64,000 nucleotides of DNA from the human T2T-CHM13v2.0 reference genome, Homo sapiens (GCF_009914755.1 NC_060944.1); one strand, 5' to 3'; counted from the stretch's first letter, positions 34,719 to 51,409 are shown. Program-made: numbers and translations. The notes: generated from the letters alone by a model not told the origin.

Positions 34719-35636
34719 CTTTTTTTTTTTTAATCAGGTATACATGAGGTTTTCAACAGGTTGCTATGGGATACATACAGATAGTAAGATGATAATCATC
34801 ATGAAACAGATTACCAAGTCTACCATCTCACAAAGTTACTTTTTCTGTCTGACAAAAGCAGCTAAAATCTACTTATTTAACAAAAATCCCTAATACAATA
34901 TAACTTTGTTAACTCTAATTCTTGTGTTGCACATTAGATCTCTATACTTGTCATTTGTTATGCAAGTGTAGTATTATTGGCCAGGTACTGACATTTTCCC
35001 AAAAACAAAACATTATGCCTAGGGGAGGGTACCAGTAGAAATAGGCAAAATGGATGCCCCAAAACCGGAAGTAAGCTACTGTTGTCTTATCAAGGGAGGA
35101 AAATGAGCAAACTCACCGGTTTATACTTCTTTGAAAAAGGCAGTCAGTTGCTGGCCTGAGTGTGCTAGGTGTCTCGGTAGGATTGTCAGTGCCAGGCAGT
35201 TCAAGTACACCAGCGTCACATCCCTATTTATAATCTGTATACTTTATGCGGCAGCTGCAATGCTCAGCCACAAACTCAAACACACTGAGAAAGATCACCT
35301 TTGTCATTTCCTTAAAAAGCAATGTAATTTTAACCCTGAGTCCCCATGCCACCAGATGGTAAGAAATTTCATTTCATTATTAGGGACCCTCCACTCCCAG
35401 GATTAAATGAGAATCCAGGGGTCAAGTGGTCTCAGAAACCAGACCAGCCTCTGACGTCCAGTGTGGCTGGGTGGCCCCTGCCACCTTCATTGTCAAAGCC
35501 TGCAGTCGTCACTAAAAGTCCAGCCACTCTCTGGTGTTTCCATGCTATACAATGGGTATGGAAATCTTTGTTGAGCCTGAGAACCTTGAAATATTTGCTA
35601 CAATTCTTTGGTTGCAAGCAACAGAAACCAGTACCG

Positions 35637-35934
35637 GGCCCAGCACAGTGGCTCACGCCTATAACCTTACCACTTTCAGAGGCCGAGGTGGGCAGATTGC
35701 TTAAGTCCAGTAATTTGAAACCAGCCTGGGCAACATGGCAAAACACCATCTCTACCAAAAAAAAAAAAAAAAAAAAAAAGCCAGCCATGGTGGCACACAC
35801 CTGTAGTCCCAGCTACTCAGGGGGCTGAAGTGGAAGGATCAATTGAGCCCAGGAGGTAGAGGCTGCGTTGAGCCATGACCACACCACTGCACTCCAGCCT
35901 GGGCGACAAATTGAGAACCTATCTCAAAAAAAAG
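35637..35934 (+). mobile_element. Alu (J-like) with long A linker
   Basis: TSD agaaaccagt. Confidence 0.9.
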
Positions 35935-37476
35935 AAACCAGTTCTGGTTACTTAAGCAAAAATGAATTTACTAGGAAAGGACAATGAGAGGAGGCCGTAA
36001 AACCAAGTTTAGAAAGAAAGTAACAAAGACATTGTTGAGAAATCTAGGAATGCCAGAAAGCAAACATTTTAGAGTGCAGTGTCCTGTCCTTCGGTGTCCG
36101 ATTCCAAGAAGACAGTATCCCAGTGGCCTAGCTTGGGTCTTACCCCTTAATTGACAGCCCCACCAAAATAGCACACAATGGGGAAGGAAAACTAGGATGC
36201 TCTTTTCAGAAGCCCTGAGGTTGGAAGCTAGGGGTGGGGACCGGGACCTCCAAGCAACACATGCTGACTTCAGCATGTTCAGGGCATTTGATATTTAGCC
36301 AGTGGTCCCTAGTTCACCTGTAGCAGTTGTTTATAGCTGGGGTCGGTTCTGATCACCCTGGAAGATATTAAATATCCTGAACATCATGCTTGGTGCCCTA
36401 CACTTGGTCAGCCTCCCGAGATCTACCAGTAGCCTTGATCCATGCTAGAGACCTGGTGCAGAGCAAGTGTTCCCACTGTTCCTGGGGCCATTCTCAGTCC
36501 AGGGAATTCTGTCCTTGCTTTTTGCCTTGTTCTTAAAGCTCCATCCTTTCCCCAAATAGAGGAGATTTTGCACAATCCCTTCAGTGGGTTTAGGCCTTTG
36601 CAAAAGACTGAAAGAAAACGTATTGGCGTCAGGTTGTACTTGCTGTCTGCCTTCCCATATTCCTAGAATCTCCTACCAGCTTGAAGTTGCAGAGCTTCGA
36701 AAACACAGAGAGCCACACATACATAATATTCCCTCCCCACAAGAAAATTATTCAGTCACCTAACATGTTTTCTGCTCTCTGTAGGGGAACGGCGGGGGTA
36801 GAGAGAGATTTTTCCATTAAACTGAGAAAGAGGTGGGGAGGGTTATGGCATAGAAGTCAGGGATTATAGGGTGATATTATTCTGGAAACATCTGCTTCTT
36901 GATTTCAGCATAAGTACCACTGGCAAGAACCATTGAAAAGGTGTGAGCTGTGTTTCACTTCTGTGCTTAATGTCATCATAGAAGGTTTGCTTGGGTCACA
37001 CCTCTTAAGTCTTTGGCTGTTTTGCTAATGACTGAAGCCCACGGGAGAGAAATTATGTGGAAGTGGAAAGGAGGAAAATTCTGAGCATGTATTAGTTAAA
37101 ATCCTTCAGCTGCACGTGCCAGGGACCAACTTGAGCTACTTAGGTGAAAAAGCAGAATTTATTTTAAGGATACAGGGCCTCTCTTAGAACTTAAGGACAG
37201 AAGTAGAGTAGAGTATCAGCGAGGCACTGGAACCAGCAAGGGAGACAGGGACAAGAAACTGCATGTATGCCTTCTCTTCCCATTTGCCACAGTGAAGATG
37301 ACAGAACTCCCAAACTATAGTGTCCTGGCCGTGCCTTCATGTGCTAGTTACTGGGCACAGCTCTCCTCTGGGCCTCCTCACTCCTCCTTTCCCTCTACTC
37401 CCAATGAAACCAGGTCCTGGTAAAGTGTTAGTTTGTTTGTATCTTTCACCTTCTGTTCTTGTCTCTGGAGACTACC

Positions 37477-38090
37477 TGTCAGATCCCGGGGTCTGGGTCC
37501 AGCCCATGCTGAAGTCCGAGGGGAGTGGGTGGATGGGCAGAAAGAACACTCAGGGGGCCATAGGAGGTGAAATGTAGTTTTATTTAGCAGCTTTCTCATC
37601 AGCAGCTTTCTCACATTAGCTGTCTCACATTGTCCACCTTTATCTCGGCTGTCTGCTTCAGCTCTGCGGCTCCTGCTGCCCTGACAGCTGCAGCCGCGCA
37701 GCCGGCTCTCCCTTGCCTTCAGGGTCAGCAGCTTAACTCTTCCCCTCTCTGGGCACCAGCGCAAGCTGTGCTGTGGCTCCCCTCTGTCTATCTGCAAAAC
37801 AGTCATTCTCCCTTACAGGGGCCTGTAGCTTCATTCCCTCTCTGGGCACCAGCGCCTGCACAAGAGCCACATTGAGCCAAACTGAGCCAAGAGCCATGCC
37901 CTGTGCACAGCGTCAGCAGGGCAATTATATCTTCTAAAGACAGTAGTGACTGCAAGCCAAGTATGAACTACACAAACAGGTTATATAACAAGTGGAGGTA
38001 TGCACCTGCACGCCAAACTCGCTGAGTCACGCAGGCCTGGGTATCCATCTCAGCCTAGTCCTTGACCAAAGCACATCCATGTGCCTTACG
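37477..38090 (-). mobile_element. Solo ERVL LTR, LTR18B-like (614 bp)
   Basis: Minus strand starts (c)gtaaggcacatggatgtgctttggtcaagg, has AATAAA, ends ...tctgaca; 5-bp TSD ctacc/ctgcc. Confidence 0.8.
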
Positions 38091-38934
38091 CTGCCCTTGT
38101 CTCCCCTTCAGATCACATGGCTAAACTTGGCCACCAATAGCCCTCCCCAAAAGACAATTACTTTCTTCCTAGCCCCAATTTTAAATTGCAAAATAAAAGG
38201 TCTCTGACCCACCCATGGTTAAGGACGCACCCTGGTCTGCACCATGATGGCCTAGGGAATAGGGTCACCTGCAGAATGGCCACCAGGAACTTACCCACTA
38301 AGAATCGAGGATGGTGAGGTAGTAGGAGAAAGGGATGGATTTTTTTCAGAGGGGATTTAATGGATAAAGTAAGGGAGCCTGCACTAAATTTGAAAATATT
38401 TGCTGATTTTTAAAAGTTCTATTACTGAAATTTCTAAATTTAATTTCCTAAGTTCAACCCCAGTGAATTCAGATAAGTTAGGACTTGGCATATTTGAATC
38501 TCAGAAGGTCCTTCTCAAACACTGATTTTCAAACATTTTTACCATGACCCGTAATAAGAAATATACTTACTATGATGGCCCAGCATATATATGCACATAA
38601 ATATAACTGGTCCAAAAGATTTATGAAATAATACTTAGCCTTACTAATTGCTTCAGAAATCCCTGTACTAGAGAATCTGGGATGCTAATACCTTTTTCAT
38701 TCTAGATATTTCTCTTAACTTTCAAAGGCATGGCAAATGCCATTGTGTTAATACAGCCATTGACCTCCAGAGAGTTTTAAAAGGTGGCCCACTCAAGATT
38801 GCATACTGGGGAGGGACATTTGCCTCCCCTTCTCAACACTAGCTACAGAGTTAGTCAGGTCCTTTGTCCTTGAAAATAATGATCACCAGAAAAATAAAGA
38901 AAATCAACAGTATGAAAAATAAAGAACAAGATTA

Positions 38935-39203
38935 GCCAGGCGTAGTGGCTCACCATGCCAGCACTGTGGGAGGCCAAGTGGGGAGGATTGCTTGCATTCA
39001 GGAGTTCAAGAACAGCCTGGGCAACATAGCGAGACCCTGTCTCTACAAAAAGAAAGATCAAAAATTAGCCAGGCATGGTGCCACATGCCTGTAGTCCCAC
39101 TACTCAGGAGGCTGAGGTGGGAGGATCGCTTGAGCCTGGAGAGGTCTAGGCTGCAGTGAGTGATGATTACGCCACTGCACACAGGCCCTGTCTCAAAAAA
39201 AAA
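38935..39203 (+). mobile_element. Alu (J-like)
   Basis: Alu consensus. Confidence 0.88.
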
Positions 39204-39219
39204 ATTTTTTAATTAAAAA

Positions 39220-40300
39220 CAATAAAGGCCAAGGTAAATAAATGGGATAAGTTAGAAGTGAAGTAATTTAAGAAACATAAAATAACTTAGGAAAATTCTA
39301 ATTGGTTTTCATATAAAAACTCAAGATCTTGCATCCATAAAATAAAAAGTGGAGGCTACTGGGAAAGGAATACTCAGAGGGAAAAAAAGTTATTGGAAAT
39401 CTTTTAATTACTGCAAAAATCAAAAATTTAATAAGGGTTATAAGAGAAAGTTTAAGAAATCTCCCAGAACACAGATCAAAAAGACAGATTTATTAAAAAA
39501 TATTATTTACAAGGAAAGGCAGTATCAACCCAAAAGGTTTGATTTGACTATTGGGAATTTCACAAAAAGAAAACAGTAGAAAAGATGGGAGAAAATTATT
39601 AAAAGAAATAAGAAAATAAAAATTTTCAGATCTGTAGAAAGATGCAAGTCATTGGGTTGAAAATGCTGAAGTGCCAAACAGAATTCATTAAAAAGAAGAC
39701 CATACCCAGATATATCTTCATGGAATTTGAGGATACCAAGTGTAAAGAAAAGATCCTTTAAAATTCTAGAAAGAAAAAAAAGGTAAAACCTACAAGGACT
39801 GAGGAACAGTGAAATACCAGATTTCTCATCAGTGACCCTGGACACTTAAAAAAAATGATGAAAGAATTCCTTCAAAGATCTAGAGGATATTGTTTTCAAA
39901 TTGGAATTCTGTACCCAGAGAAACTATAGAGAAAAATAAAGATAACTTCAGATATTCGAGAATTCAGGAAGATTACTTTCCATGTACCATTTCAGGAAAA
40001 GCAACTTAAGGATGTATTCAAGCAAAACAAGGAAGAAAACCAAGGAAGAGAGACTTGGGATCCAGAAAACAGTGGATCCAACCCAGAAATACAATGAAGG
40101 GAAGTCTGCAGCAAGCCTAAAAATGATCCAGTCCACATTGGAGGTTTCTATCACTGAGGATAGATATCTCCAATACAGAGTGTGTGGCTGAATTTGACAT
40201 TTTAATGAAGGTACATTGTTGCAAACAAGAAAAAATTAATAAATTCTGACAAAACCAAAAAAGTTACATCAGACAGGTATGATACATATATGAACAAACT
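39220..40300 (+). mobile_element. Highly diverged L1/HAL1-like A-rich remnant
   Basis: ORF1-like decayed motifs (cagatttctcatcag, tagaattctgtacccag-like); A-rich strand bias. Confidence 0.55.
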
Positions 40301-41266
40301 GAGATATGACATTATTTTAATTATGATGGAGTACAAGTAAAGAGAATACATACAATGGTAGGGGCATTCTCCTTAAAATCAATCTGGGGATATGACATTG
40401 GACACATAGAGAAGACAATGCAATCTTAGCATATTACTTGGCTCTGTAGTGAACAATAATCACAAAATGTAAATGTATATTACTAGTTACCAACTTTTAA
40501 AATTGACATAGGCAGAGTGCAGAAAATTTAACCTTAGTTATAAAACCAATGTACAAACAAGTTTATCCTCATTGACAATATGAAGGTAAAGCTACAGCTG
40601 ATAGACATTAGAGCGGGGAGGATGTATGGGAAAAGGTAGGGACTCCCATATCGATAGCTCCATGTTTGTTTACCTTTTTAGCCAAGGGAGAATGTCCAAG
40701 GAGAATTGGAATAGAGGGACTCACATATGAGAAAAATGTAAGTTTCCAGAGAAACAACAGAGATTTCCATGAGTTAAACCCTCATCTTTTAAGACTGCCC
40801 AGTCAAAAGATATTGTCTCAAGTTGAAAAATCAGTAAGGGTATAAATATGTTACTTAGAATTATAGAGGTGATCACCAGACTTGCTAAAAACAGAAATAG
40901 TTGAGCGTATGGTGAACAGTGAATTTAAAATGGTGGTATTTCATTTTGTAAAACGAGTTATATGATTTTCGTTGTTGATTTTGGCCTGAATCCTCCTTTT
41001 TGAGCTTTTATATGGAAGGCAAGGACAGACTTCTTGATTCTGACATCTTTTGAGTTGATAAGAGCCCAAAAACTGGGCATCCGAATACACATGACACAGA
41101 TAAGGTTGGATGGGGATTCATGACACATCAGTGAGTTACATGTTTTGTAACTAAAGATAATGTTTTTCGAGACTTCTTTTCCTCCAAGGGAATGAATTTC
41201 TGCAGACATTAAGTCAGATGCACGTGAGTCCATTTTTCTCCATTCTCTTCCTCTCTTTCATCACAG

Positions 41267-41350
41267 CGTGTGTTCGTGTGGGACTTGGATGAGACAATAA
41301 TTATTTTTCACTCCTTACTCACGGGGACATTTGCATCCAGATACGGGAAG
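41267..41350 (+). CDS. EYA2: EYA2 coding exon (probably exon 9), 84 nt, [28 protein letters not shown]; HAD motif I, nucleophile Asp codon at 41282-41284
   Basis: Long pyrimidine tract + cacag|CGT, donor AAG|gtaaga; WDLDET is the EYA-domain DxDx(T/V) motif. Confidence 0.98.
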
Positions 41351-43447
41351 GTAAGAATCCATTTTGTCTCTCTCTCTCTTTTTTTGTTTTCAACGTTATT
41401 GTCCAGCCAGTTTGTCCTGGAAATTGTGCGGACAGTTTATGAGGCAGCTTCTCCAACAAAAGCTGCCCTTTGGGGTCAGCCCAGGTTTAAAAATTCCTAT
41501 GACATTTTCCTTTGCCATGTGAAAATTTAATTAGCTTCCCCTTCTATTGTCTTCCATGCCTTTTCTTCCAACGTTTGAAGCAATCAACATTTACTTGATA
41601 GGAAATACACTTGTTGTCTTCAGCTGTCTCCCTTCCTAAGACAGTGGGCTATGGTGCAGCCAAAGCCAGTAATTCTAGCTAGAAAACGAGGTAAAGTACT
41701 TTTCTTCTTCCCTGTTGTTTATCCTAGTGTCTCCGGCAGATGAATTTAATTTTCCTTCTGTTTTTTTGAGACAAGGGGGAGGCATTGTCAGCTCCAGTGT
41801 GGATCTTAGCAATCGTTTTGCAAATGTATCATCAACAAATTATGTCGGGGAACCATCTAGTTAGAATTCTAGGCAAATGCTATTGGCTGAATCGTGGTGG
41901 ATGGAAGAGACCTTGAAACCACTTTAATAATGCAAAAATGAACTCAACTGCTAAAACTCAAACCTTGTCAATTATTTGGGTTCATCCCATGGGCTACTGA
42001 ACAGACGACGAGTGGATGCCCTAGACATCTGTCATCTCTTCAGGGGCACGCATGGGGTGGAAGGGCAGTACTTAAGACGACAGCCTAGTTTTCATCTCCT
42101 CAGAGGTGAGTGACCCACTGGCAGCTGCTTCCACGCATGGGTAGGAACCTTGAGACTTGCCAGCGCCTGGAAAATATTTCTGTTTCTGTTTAGAGACCAG
42201 GAATATGATTTGACATCACTTCATGGCTTTTCCAGCTGCTCATGTTTTTTATGGGGGTTATAACAAGCTGGATGTGTAATTAGCAAGATAGATTTATCGT
42301 CTGCCATTATGTTGTAAAGAATATAAAAATGGTGTTGGTGGTGCAGAAATCTCTTGCCGTGTAGGAATGCCGTTAATATGTCTAGCAGTGCCTGTGGGAA
42401 ATCCAGCATGCATTTTTGGACTGTGCACAGCTTAGGTAAAAGATGGCAGAGTCAAGAGCTGCTGAAAACACTGAAGAATGGGCTCCACAGCCATTGCAAA
42501 AATTTGGGCTATCCCAAAGGGGCCACAGTAGTAAGTTGCCTGCTAAGTCGTGGTGTTTTATGGTTTTCCTAACCACTCCTGTAAAGTCACCTCCCCTGAG
42601 ACACAGGCACTCACTCATCTTGCCCTTAGAGGCAGCCTGCTGTGAAGTTCCATAGCTCCGTGCAACAACTCACTTAGTATGGATTGTGTAGGGATGTGTG
42701 ATCTTGGGTATGATTTTTGTATCTGTGTCTCACCAACATTCCTCAAACCAAACTGTGGGCTCCTTCAAGTCAGAGACAAAGCCCCGAGTTCCTTTCTGGG
42801 CCCCATGTCCCCTGGCCCATGCCATTCCTCACTGCCAGCCACCTCTCTCCCACCTCACCACCCAATTCCAGCCACCTTCACCTCCAACTCGGCTTCCTAT
42901 CTGGTCTCCCAGCTTCTACTCTTGCCCACTGCAGCCCCCTACATTGGAGTCATCCTGAAATGCAAGCTTGGCCATATCACTCTCCAGCCGAAAAATCTTC
43001 AGTGGCTTCCCCATTGACAAGCCTGCCCCCAGCCTCCAAGGCTCTTCATGAGTAGCCTCCTGCCCCATTCTCCAGCCTCCTTTCCTGCTCTTACCCTGAG
43101 TTGTTTTTGGTCCTTGAACCTGCCACATTCTCTCCCATCGCTGCTGGGTTTCTCCCAGAAGATCCTGAGACAAAGAGTGAGTGCGAGTAATCTATCTGGG
43201 AGGTAATCCCAGGAAGTAGTGGGGAATTCAGGCAAGGAGGGAAAGGAAGCCAATACAAATTACACAAATATAATAGTTACTGCCGTGGGCAGTTGGGGCT
43301 AAGTCCCACCAGGGACAGTGTTAACCCACCCAAGGAGTGAGGGAGCTGGGATATTTACCTGCAAATTCCCTTCCATTAAGCGTTGAAGGCTTTTCCTGGA
43401 AATTGTCTCCTTGCACTTCTGGCCTGTCCCCAAGAAGCCGCAGAGGG

Positions 43448-43722
43448 CAGCCTTGGTGGCTGACACCTATAATCCTAGCACTTCGGGAGGCCGAAGTGAG
43501 AGGATTGCTTGAGGCCAGCCTGGGCAACATAGTGAGACCCCATCTCTTTAAAAAACTTAAAAATTAGCCTGGTGTGATAGTGTGTACCTTTGGTCCCAGC
43601 TACTCAGGAAGCTGAGAAGGGAGGATCGCTTGAGCCTGTGGTGAGCTATGATCGCACCACTGCACTCTAGCCTGGGCAACAGAGCAAGACCCTGTCTCAA
43701 TCAATCAATCAATCAATAAAAA
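43448..43722 (+). mobile_element. Alu (J-like) with (TCAA)n tail
   Basis: Alu consensus with deletions. Confidence 0.85.
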
Positions 43723-44179
43723 GAGAGCCCCAGGGTAGAGCATCACAAATGCTAACTGTGGAAGGTTTCTTCATATATGTACAGGAATGGTGCCAGTTGA
43801 GGGGACGTGGAGCTGGGGCACACTGGAAGCCTCTGCTATAATCTAAGATGTTCTAGAATGTTCTTTTATTAAGTTAAATCCTACTTATCTTTCAGTTCTC
43901 ATTTAAAACGTAGCTTCCTCCAAAAGGACTTTCCTCAGTACTCCTCTCCATCTAAATTGCGTCTGTCCTCATAACTGTGTTTTCCATTCATGTCATAATT
44001 ATGTTTATTTTATGTCTTCCTTCTAGGCTATAAGCACCATAAGGGCAGAGACCATGAACATTTTTTTTTATTTCCCCAACCACGCGCAGTACACAGGGCA
44101 GAATTGCTCAATAAATATTTGTTGAATGAATGAATCAGGGTGATCCCCTAGAATGTTAAGCTGCACGAGGACAGGGACC

Positions 44180-44210
44180 TTTGGTTTGGTTTGGTTTGGT
44201 TTGGTTTTGT
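44180..44210. repeat. (TTTGG)n microsatellite
   Basis: Read directly. Confidence 0.9.
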
Positions 44211-44311
44211 TCATAGCTTTATCACCAGTGCATGGAACAGTGTCTCCCACTTAGTAGGTGTCAAGTAAATATTTGTTAAATGAAGGAAGGAAGGAAGGAA
44301 AATAGTATCAA

Positions 44312-44645
44312 AACAGAAATTTTTAACTGGTGGCCGCTGGCCAAATTCATACTGCAGATATTTCTCTTTGGCCCCCAGAGTGTTTGAAAAAATGTGAATG
44401 TGTCGCCAACATTTAAAAATCAGGAGATTGCACAGACCAAAACAATCTAGATTTCCAGCTCTTCTTGAAAAATTAGAAATCTGGCAATCCTGCATTCCCC
44501 TGGGGCCACAATCAACAGGAGCAGAGGAGGACTGCCCTCTTAGGGGGGGTGGACATTCTCCAGCCCATCGCAGCCCCCACCTGGCCTGGTTAACCCATTC
44601 TTGGGACTCTCTGGCCCCATTGGTATCTGAGTTTCAACATCCATC
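44312..44645. mobile_element. hAT-Charlie MER element (MER102-like)
   Basis: aaatcaggagattgcac...ttccagctcttcttgaaaaattagaaatctggcaa; related pieces near 4200-4310 and 18760-18985. Confidence 0.55.
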
Positions 44646-45239
44646 CTAGAATTACAGAATCATAGAAGATTAGAGCTGGAAGGACTTGAGAGATCATCAT
44701 GTCCAGTTAGTCTCCATCGTCCATAAGGAGAAACTAAGGCTCAGAGGGAGTAAGATCATCCAAGAAAGCATGAGAATCAGACTCAAGCTCACCTGCCTTC
44801 CTGTGTGATCTCTGGATGTCCAGGGAAAACTGAGGTGAAAAGCTGTTAGAGCACCCAGATCGCCTGTGCCATCTTCATGACTCTCCTAGAATTTTCCATT
44901 CCCTCCTCCAGCTCTCGCTAAGGTGAGGAATGAATGAGTATTATCATTTGCTAAATCTAGCAACCTTCAGAGAGACCCAAAATAATTGTGACTTAAACAA
45001 GATGCAAGTTTATTTCACTCCCCTGCAGTCCAGATGGAAGCAGTTCAAGCTGGGGAAACTGCTGTGCAGCACCAGAGACCACAGCCTCTACAGTCTTATT
45101 CCCTGCCATTTTTTGGAGTGTCACCAGCATTGGCAAGATAAATCATAGCTTACCCCCATGTCTGCATTCCAGCCAGTAAGCAAGAATAGGAAAAGGGGGA
45201 CTTGCCCCTCTCTTTTGATATTTTTATTTTCTTGTCCCT

Positions 45240-45565
<326 letters not shown>

Positions 45566-47259
45566 TAAAGGCCAGACTCAGAAGTTGCAGGCATCACTTC
45601 TGCTCTTATCCTATTGGGCAGAACTTGGTCAGATGGCCTCATCTAGCTGCAAGGGAGTCTGTGAAATGTACTCTTTATTTGAGGCTGTCATGGCCAGTTA
45701 AAATTTAGATATTCTATTACTCTGAGAGGGAGAAAAGAAGAATGGGTATTAGAGGACAACTAGCAATTTCTAGCCCAAAGTACTGTATAGTAAAAGGAAA
45801 AACAATTAAATAGAAAACTGATGAGGAAACATAAAATTAGTTATGTTTGAGAGGCCTGAGGGACAACAGGATTTGTAGGTCTGAAGCTCCAGAGAGAGGT
45901 CTGCACTATAGCTCTAAGCTTGGATGTCAGAGAAGTAATAAGGACGTAGAGGAGAAGTGTGAGCCCCATTTTGCAGACAGAGTGACTGAGATGAGACCTA
46001 CAGAAGTTGTGTAGTTGGTGGGATATTCATGACAGAACCAAAACTCATGGCCTCAGCTTCTGGCTCACAGTTCTTTCTCTCTGTACTTCCCCAGCACTGC
46101 AGCCATGTGAAACTTGTTATTAATAGCTGTCATCAAGTATGACATTCAGTTTGAAGTACAGCATATTTAAGCTGCAAAGAAAATTTATTGAAGCACAATA
46201 ATTGAAAAACCCAGGGATACCTGGGATTCAGGTCTGGCTGGATCCAGATGTTTAAGCAATGTTCTTAGGTCATTCTGTATCTCTTAGCCAATTTTCTCCA
46301 TGTGGTAACTCCCTCTCAGCAATCCCAACTAAAAACTGGAAATTTCTAGTACCCACATTCCAGCACAACTTCTAGGCGTTAATGCCAATGTCCCAAACTG
46401 GGTCACATGCCCATCCATATGCCAACCTCTGTAGCTCTGATTGGCCAGCCAAATCAAGAGCCCACTCCTGGCATGGGAAAGGAGGGGCAGATCAGCTCCA
46501 CCTCAACCAAATAGAGTGAGAGAGGGAGGATGGTCCCCCAAAGGAAACTGGAGTAATCCTTCCAGAAGAGTATGAAGGCCCATGGATGTCCAGTGAATGG
46601 GCACTGGATGCCAAGATCCCCTGAACATCCATGACAAGAACCAGCAGCACTTTGCTTGTGGCCATCATGCTGCATACCATGCAGGAAGCCAAAATCATTA
46701 ATAGTACCAGCCAGAGTGGGGACTTGCTGTTTTTTCGGGGAACTAAGCCCAACAAAGCTAAAATGATTGGGGAATGATTCAAAATAGGTTGTTTGAATTT
46801 TAAGACAGAAACTGGGCTCCCGTTCTGTTCCCAATCAAGGGATGTGCTACTTGAGGCTGTCATCTCTTCACTTCCTTTCCATTTCTTCCTCCCCAGTGCT
46901 CAGAGCCAGAACATCCCTTTGGTAGCTGTATCTCCCAGCATCTTGTGGATCCATTAGAAATTCCCTAGAGAGCTGGAGCAGCCAGTGACTGCTGCCTCTT
47001 TCCTAACCCCTCCCTTCCCCTACCACCCTCCTCCGCAGTCTCTGAACTCTGTTTTTTTCCAGCTGGTATTAGGCAAATGCAAGGTGGTCAAGAGCCTTTG
47101 CCTGTGGCCAGGAAGGGATTCTAAAAGAAATTAGTCAGCTTTCCTCCAGGGATTCATGGGGAGTTGCCCTGACTCCTCCTTTTGTGCCTTGCCTTCTAGG
47201 CAGCCCACTACCAATATGAAGCTCAACTCCAGGACCTGTTGTTGTTGTTGTTGTTAATA

Positions 47260-49355
<2,096 letters not shown>

Positions 49356-49508
49356 TTATGACCAGTCTTGACCTTTATAATTGGCATCTCCATTGGTTTT
49401 ATTTTTTGTGGTTTTAACATAGCCTTTGCACTTGCTGTTGTTCCCTGTGCCAGGAATGCCCATCTCCCCATTTTCTACATGGCTCCTTTATTCACGAATC
49501 TGCCCAGT

Positions 49509-49808
49509 GGCTGGGCGTGGTGGCCCACGCCTGTAATCCCAGCACTTTGGGAAGCTGAGGCAGGCAGATCACTTGAGGCCAGGAGTTCGAAACCAGCCTG
49601 TCCAACATGATGAAACCCTGTCTCTACTAAAAACACAAAAATTAGCTGGGCATGATGGCAGGCACCTGTAATCCCAGCTACTCAGGAGGCTGAGACAGGA
49701 GAATCACTTGAACCTGGGAAGCGGAGGTTGCAATGAGCTGAGATCACGCCACTGAACTCCAGCCTGGGCGACAGAGCAAGACTCTGTCTCAAAAAAAAAA
49801 AAAAAAAA
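49509..49808 (+). mobile_element. Alu (S-like)
   Basis: Alu consensus, A tail. Confidence 0.92.
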
Positions 49809-51409
49809 GGAACCTGCCCAAATGTTTCCTCATCAAACCACCTGATGCGTTAAATATGTATTATTTATTACCTGCCCTCTCCAACACACACACATTTGAA
49901 TGTAAACTCTATGAAAACAAGCACCAGGGCCAGGATTAGCATTTTGTAGGCACAAAATTTAAGTGGGTACTGAGAAACAGAGTAATCAAGCTCAATCATA
50001 TTTTAATGCAATATTTTACAAATCAAAATTGATGCCAAAAAATCGATCATGAAAGAAAATCAAAATGTAAACAAAGACAGATGGTTGTGTGTGTTACTGC
50101 CCTGCGTTATTGTGCGATGGGAACAGTTTCCAATCAGCCCCTGACTCCCTGGCCTGAGTGACTGTTACCTCTCCACAGGGCAGGTTTATGAGCCTTGGCA
50201 ATGGCAGGAACAGATTGGCCAACGAGGGGCTTTAATATATAGTCATCTTTTGTGTTTTGTTTTTTGTTTTTGTTTTTGTTTTTTACTGTAGAGCTTTTAT
50301 TAACTTTTTCCACTTGAGTCAAAATACAGAAAAATGTTTTGATAAGTGTATGTAGGGGCCACATTTTTCCTCTTGCCTCAGGCCCTGTGGCTTGGCCTGG
50401 AATGGCAAGCACCAGGGTGGTCTGCCTCCCAGCTGTAGCCCCCGGACCTAGCACAGGGCCTGGCACATGGTAGGAGCTCAGTAAACGTTTGTTGATTACA
50501 TGACTGTAATCAAGGGAGTATTTTAAGTGTTAGTAGCAGGGAGAGATCTCAACCCACACAGCATGCATGAAATAGAATTTTGGTTTTCTGTAACGCAATG
50601 GAATTCCTACTTGCAGCCTTTGTTCTGCTGGGTTCTTTTTCCTTCCTCACCAGGTTATATCAGACTTCCAGGGAGCTCACAAAGCACCCAGGGATTGGGT
50701 GAGAGTCCGTGGACCCACGAGTCCTCTGTCCACTTACGACACTGCTGACATGTATCTGGTTCCTGTCCCTAGGGGTGCTTCAGGTCTGGTGGGATCTGGA
50801 ATCTCAGTGAGGCTGGCTATGGTCCTATCTGCCTGACCCCCTAGCCCAGACTGTCACTCTCTTAGGTTTTGCTTCCTGGCACACGTGGCAGGGTAGGGAG
50901 GCCTCTGAAAACCCCCTTCCATCCTTCAGTTGTTGGAAGTCAGGACAAGAAACCAATGCCACTCGCTCACCATCCCAAGGCCAAAAAGCTCAAAATCTGC
51001 TACCTTATGAATGGGAGGCTGGAAAACAGGGAACTGAGGGAGCAGAGAGTAACAACTCACATCTCACCCATGTTCTTGTTGGCGGATACATCAGATCCTT
51101 GAGGGAGCGAACCGGAGTAGAAGGGAGTGTTTGGAAAAGGGAGGAATTTGCAGTTGTCACGGTGATGGGAGGCACAACAAACCCGTGAATCAACCCACCA
51201 AGATACCATTAGTGGTCTCCATAGAAATGTGTGCATTTTCTCATTTTATTCAACAAATATTTATCAAGTGCCTCCTGCATGCCAGGTGTACTGTTCTAGG
51301 CCCTGGGGATGCGGCAGGGAACAAAGTCCATTAAAAACTCTGCCCTCATGGAGCTGATATCCTTGGGGAGAGGAAGGAAGATGATAAGCAAGATACATAG
51401 AAATGCAAG

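Noticed and set aside
35349-35362. CTCF-like CCACCAGATGGTAA
   Set aside because: Mismatch in the conserved GGC end; single motif without other support
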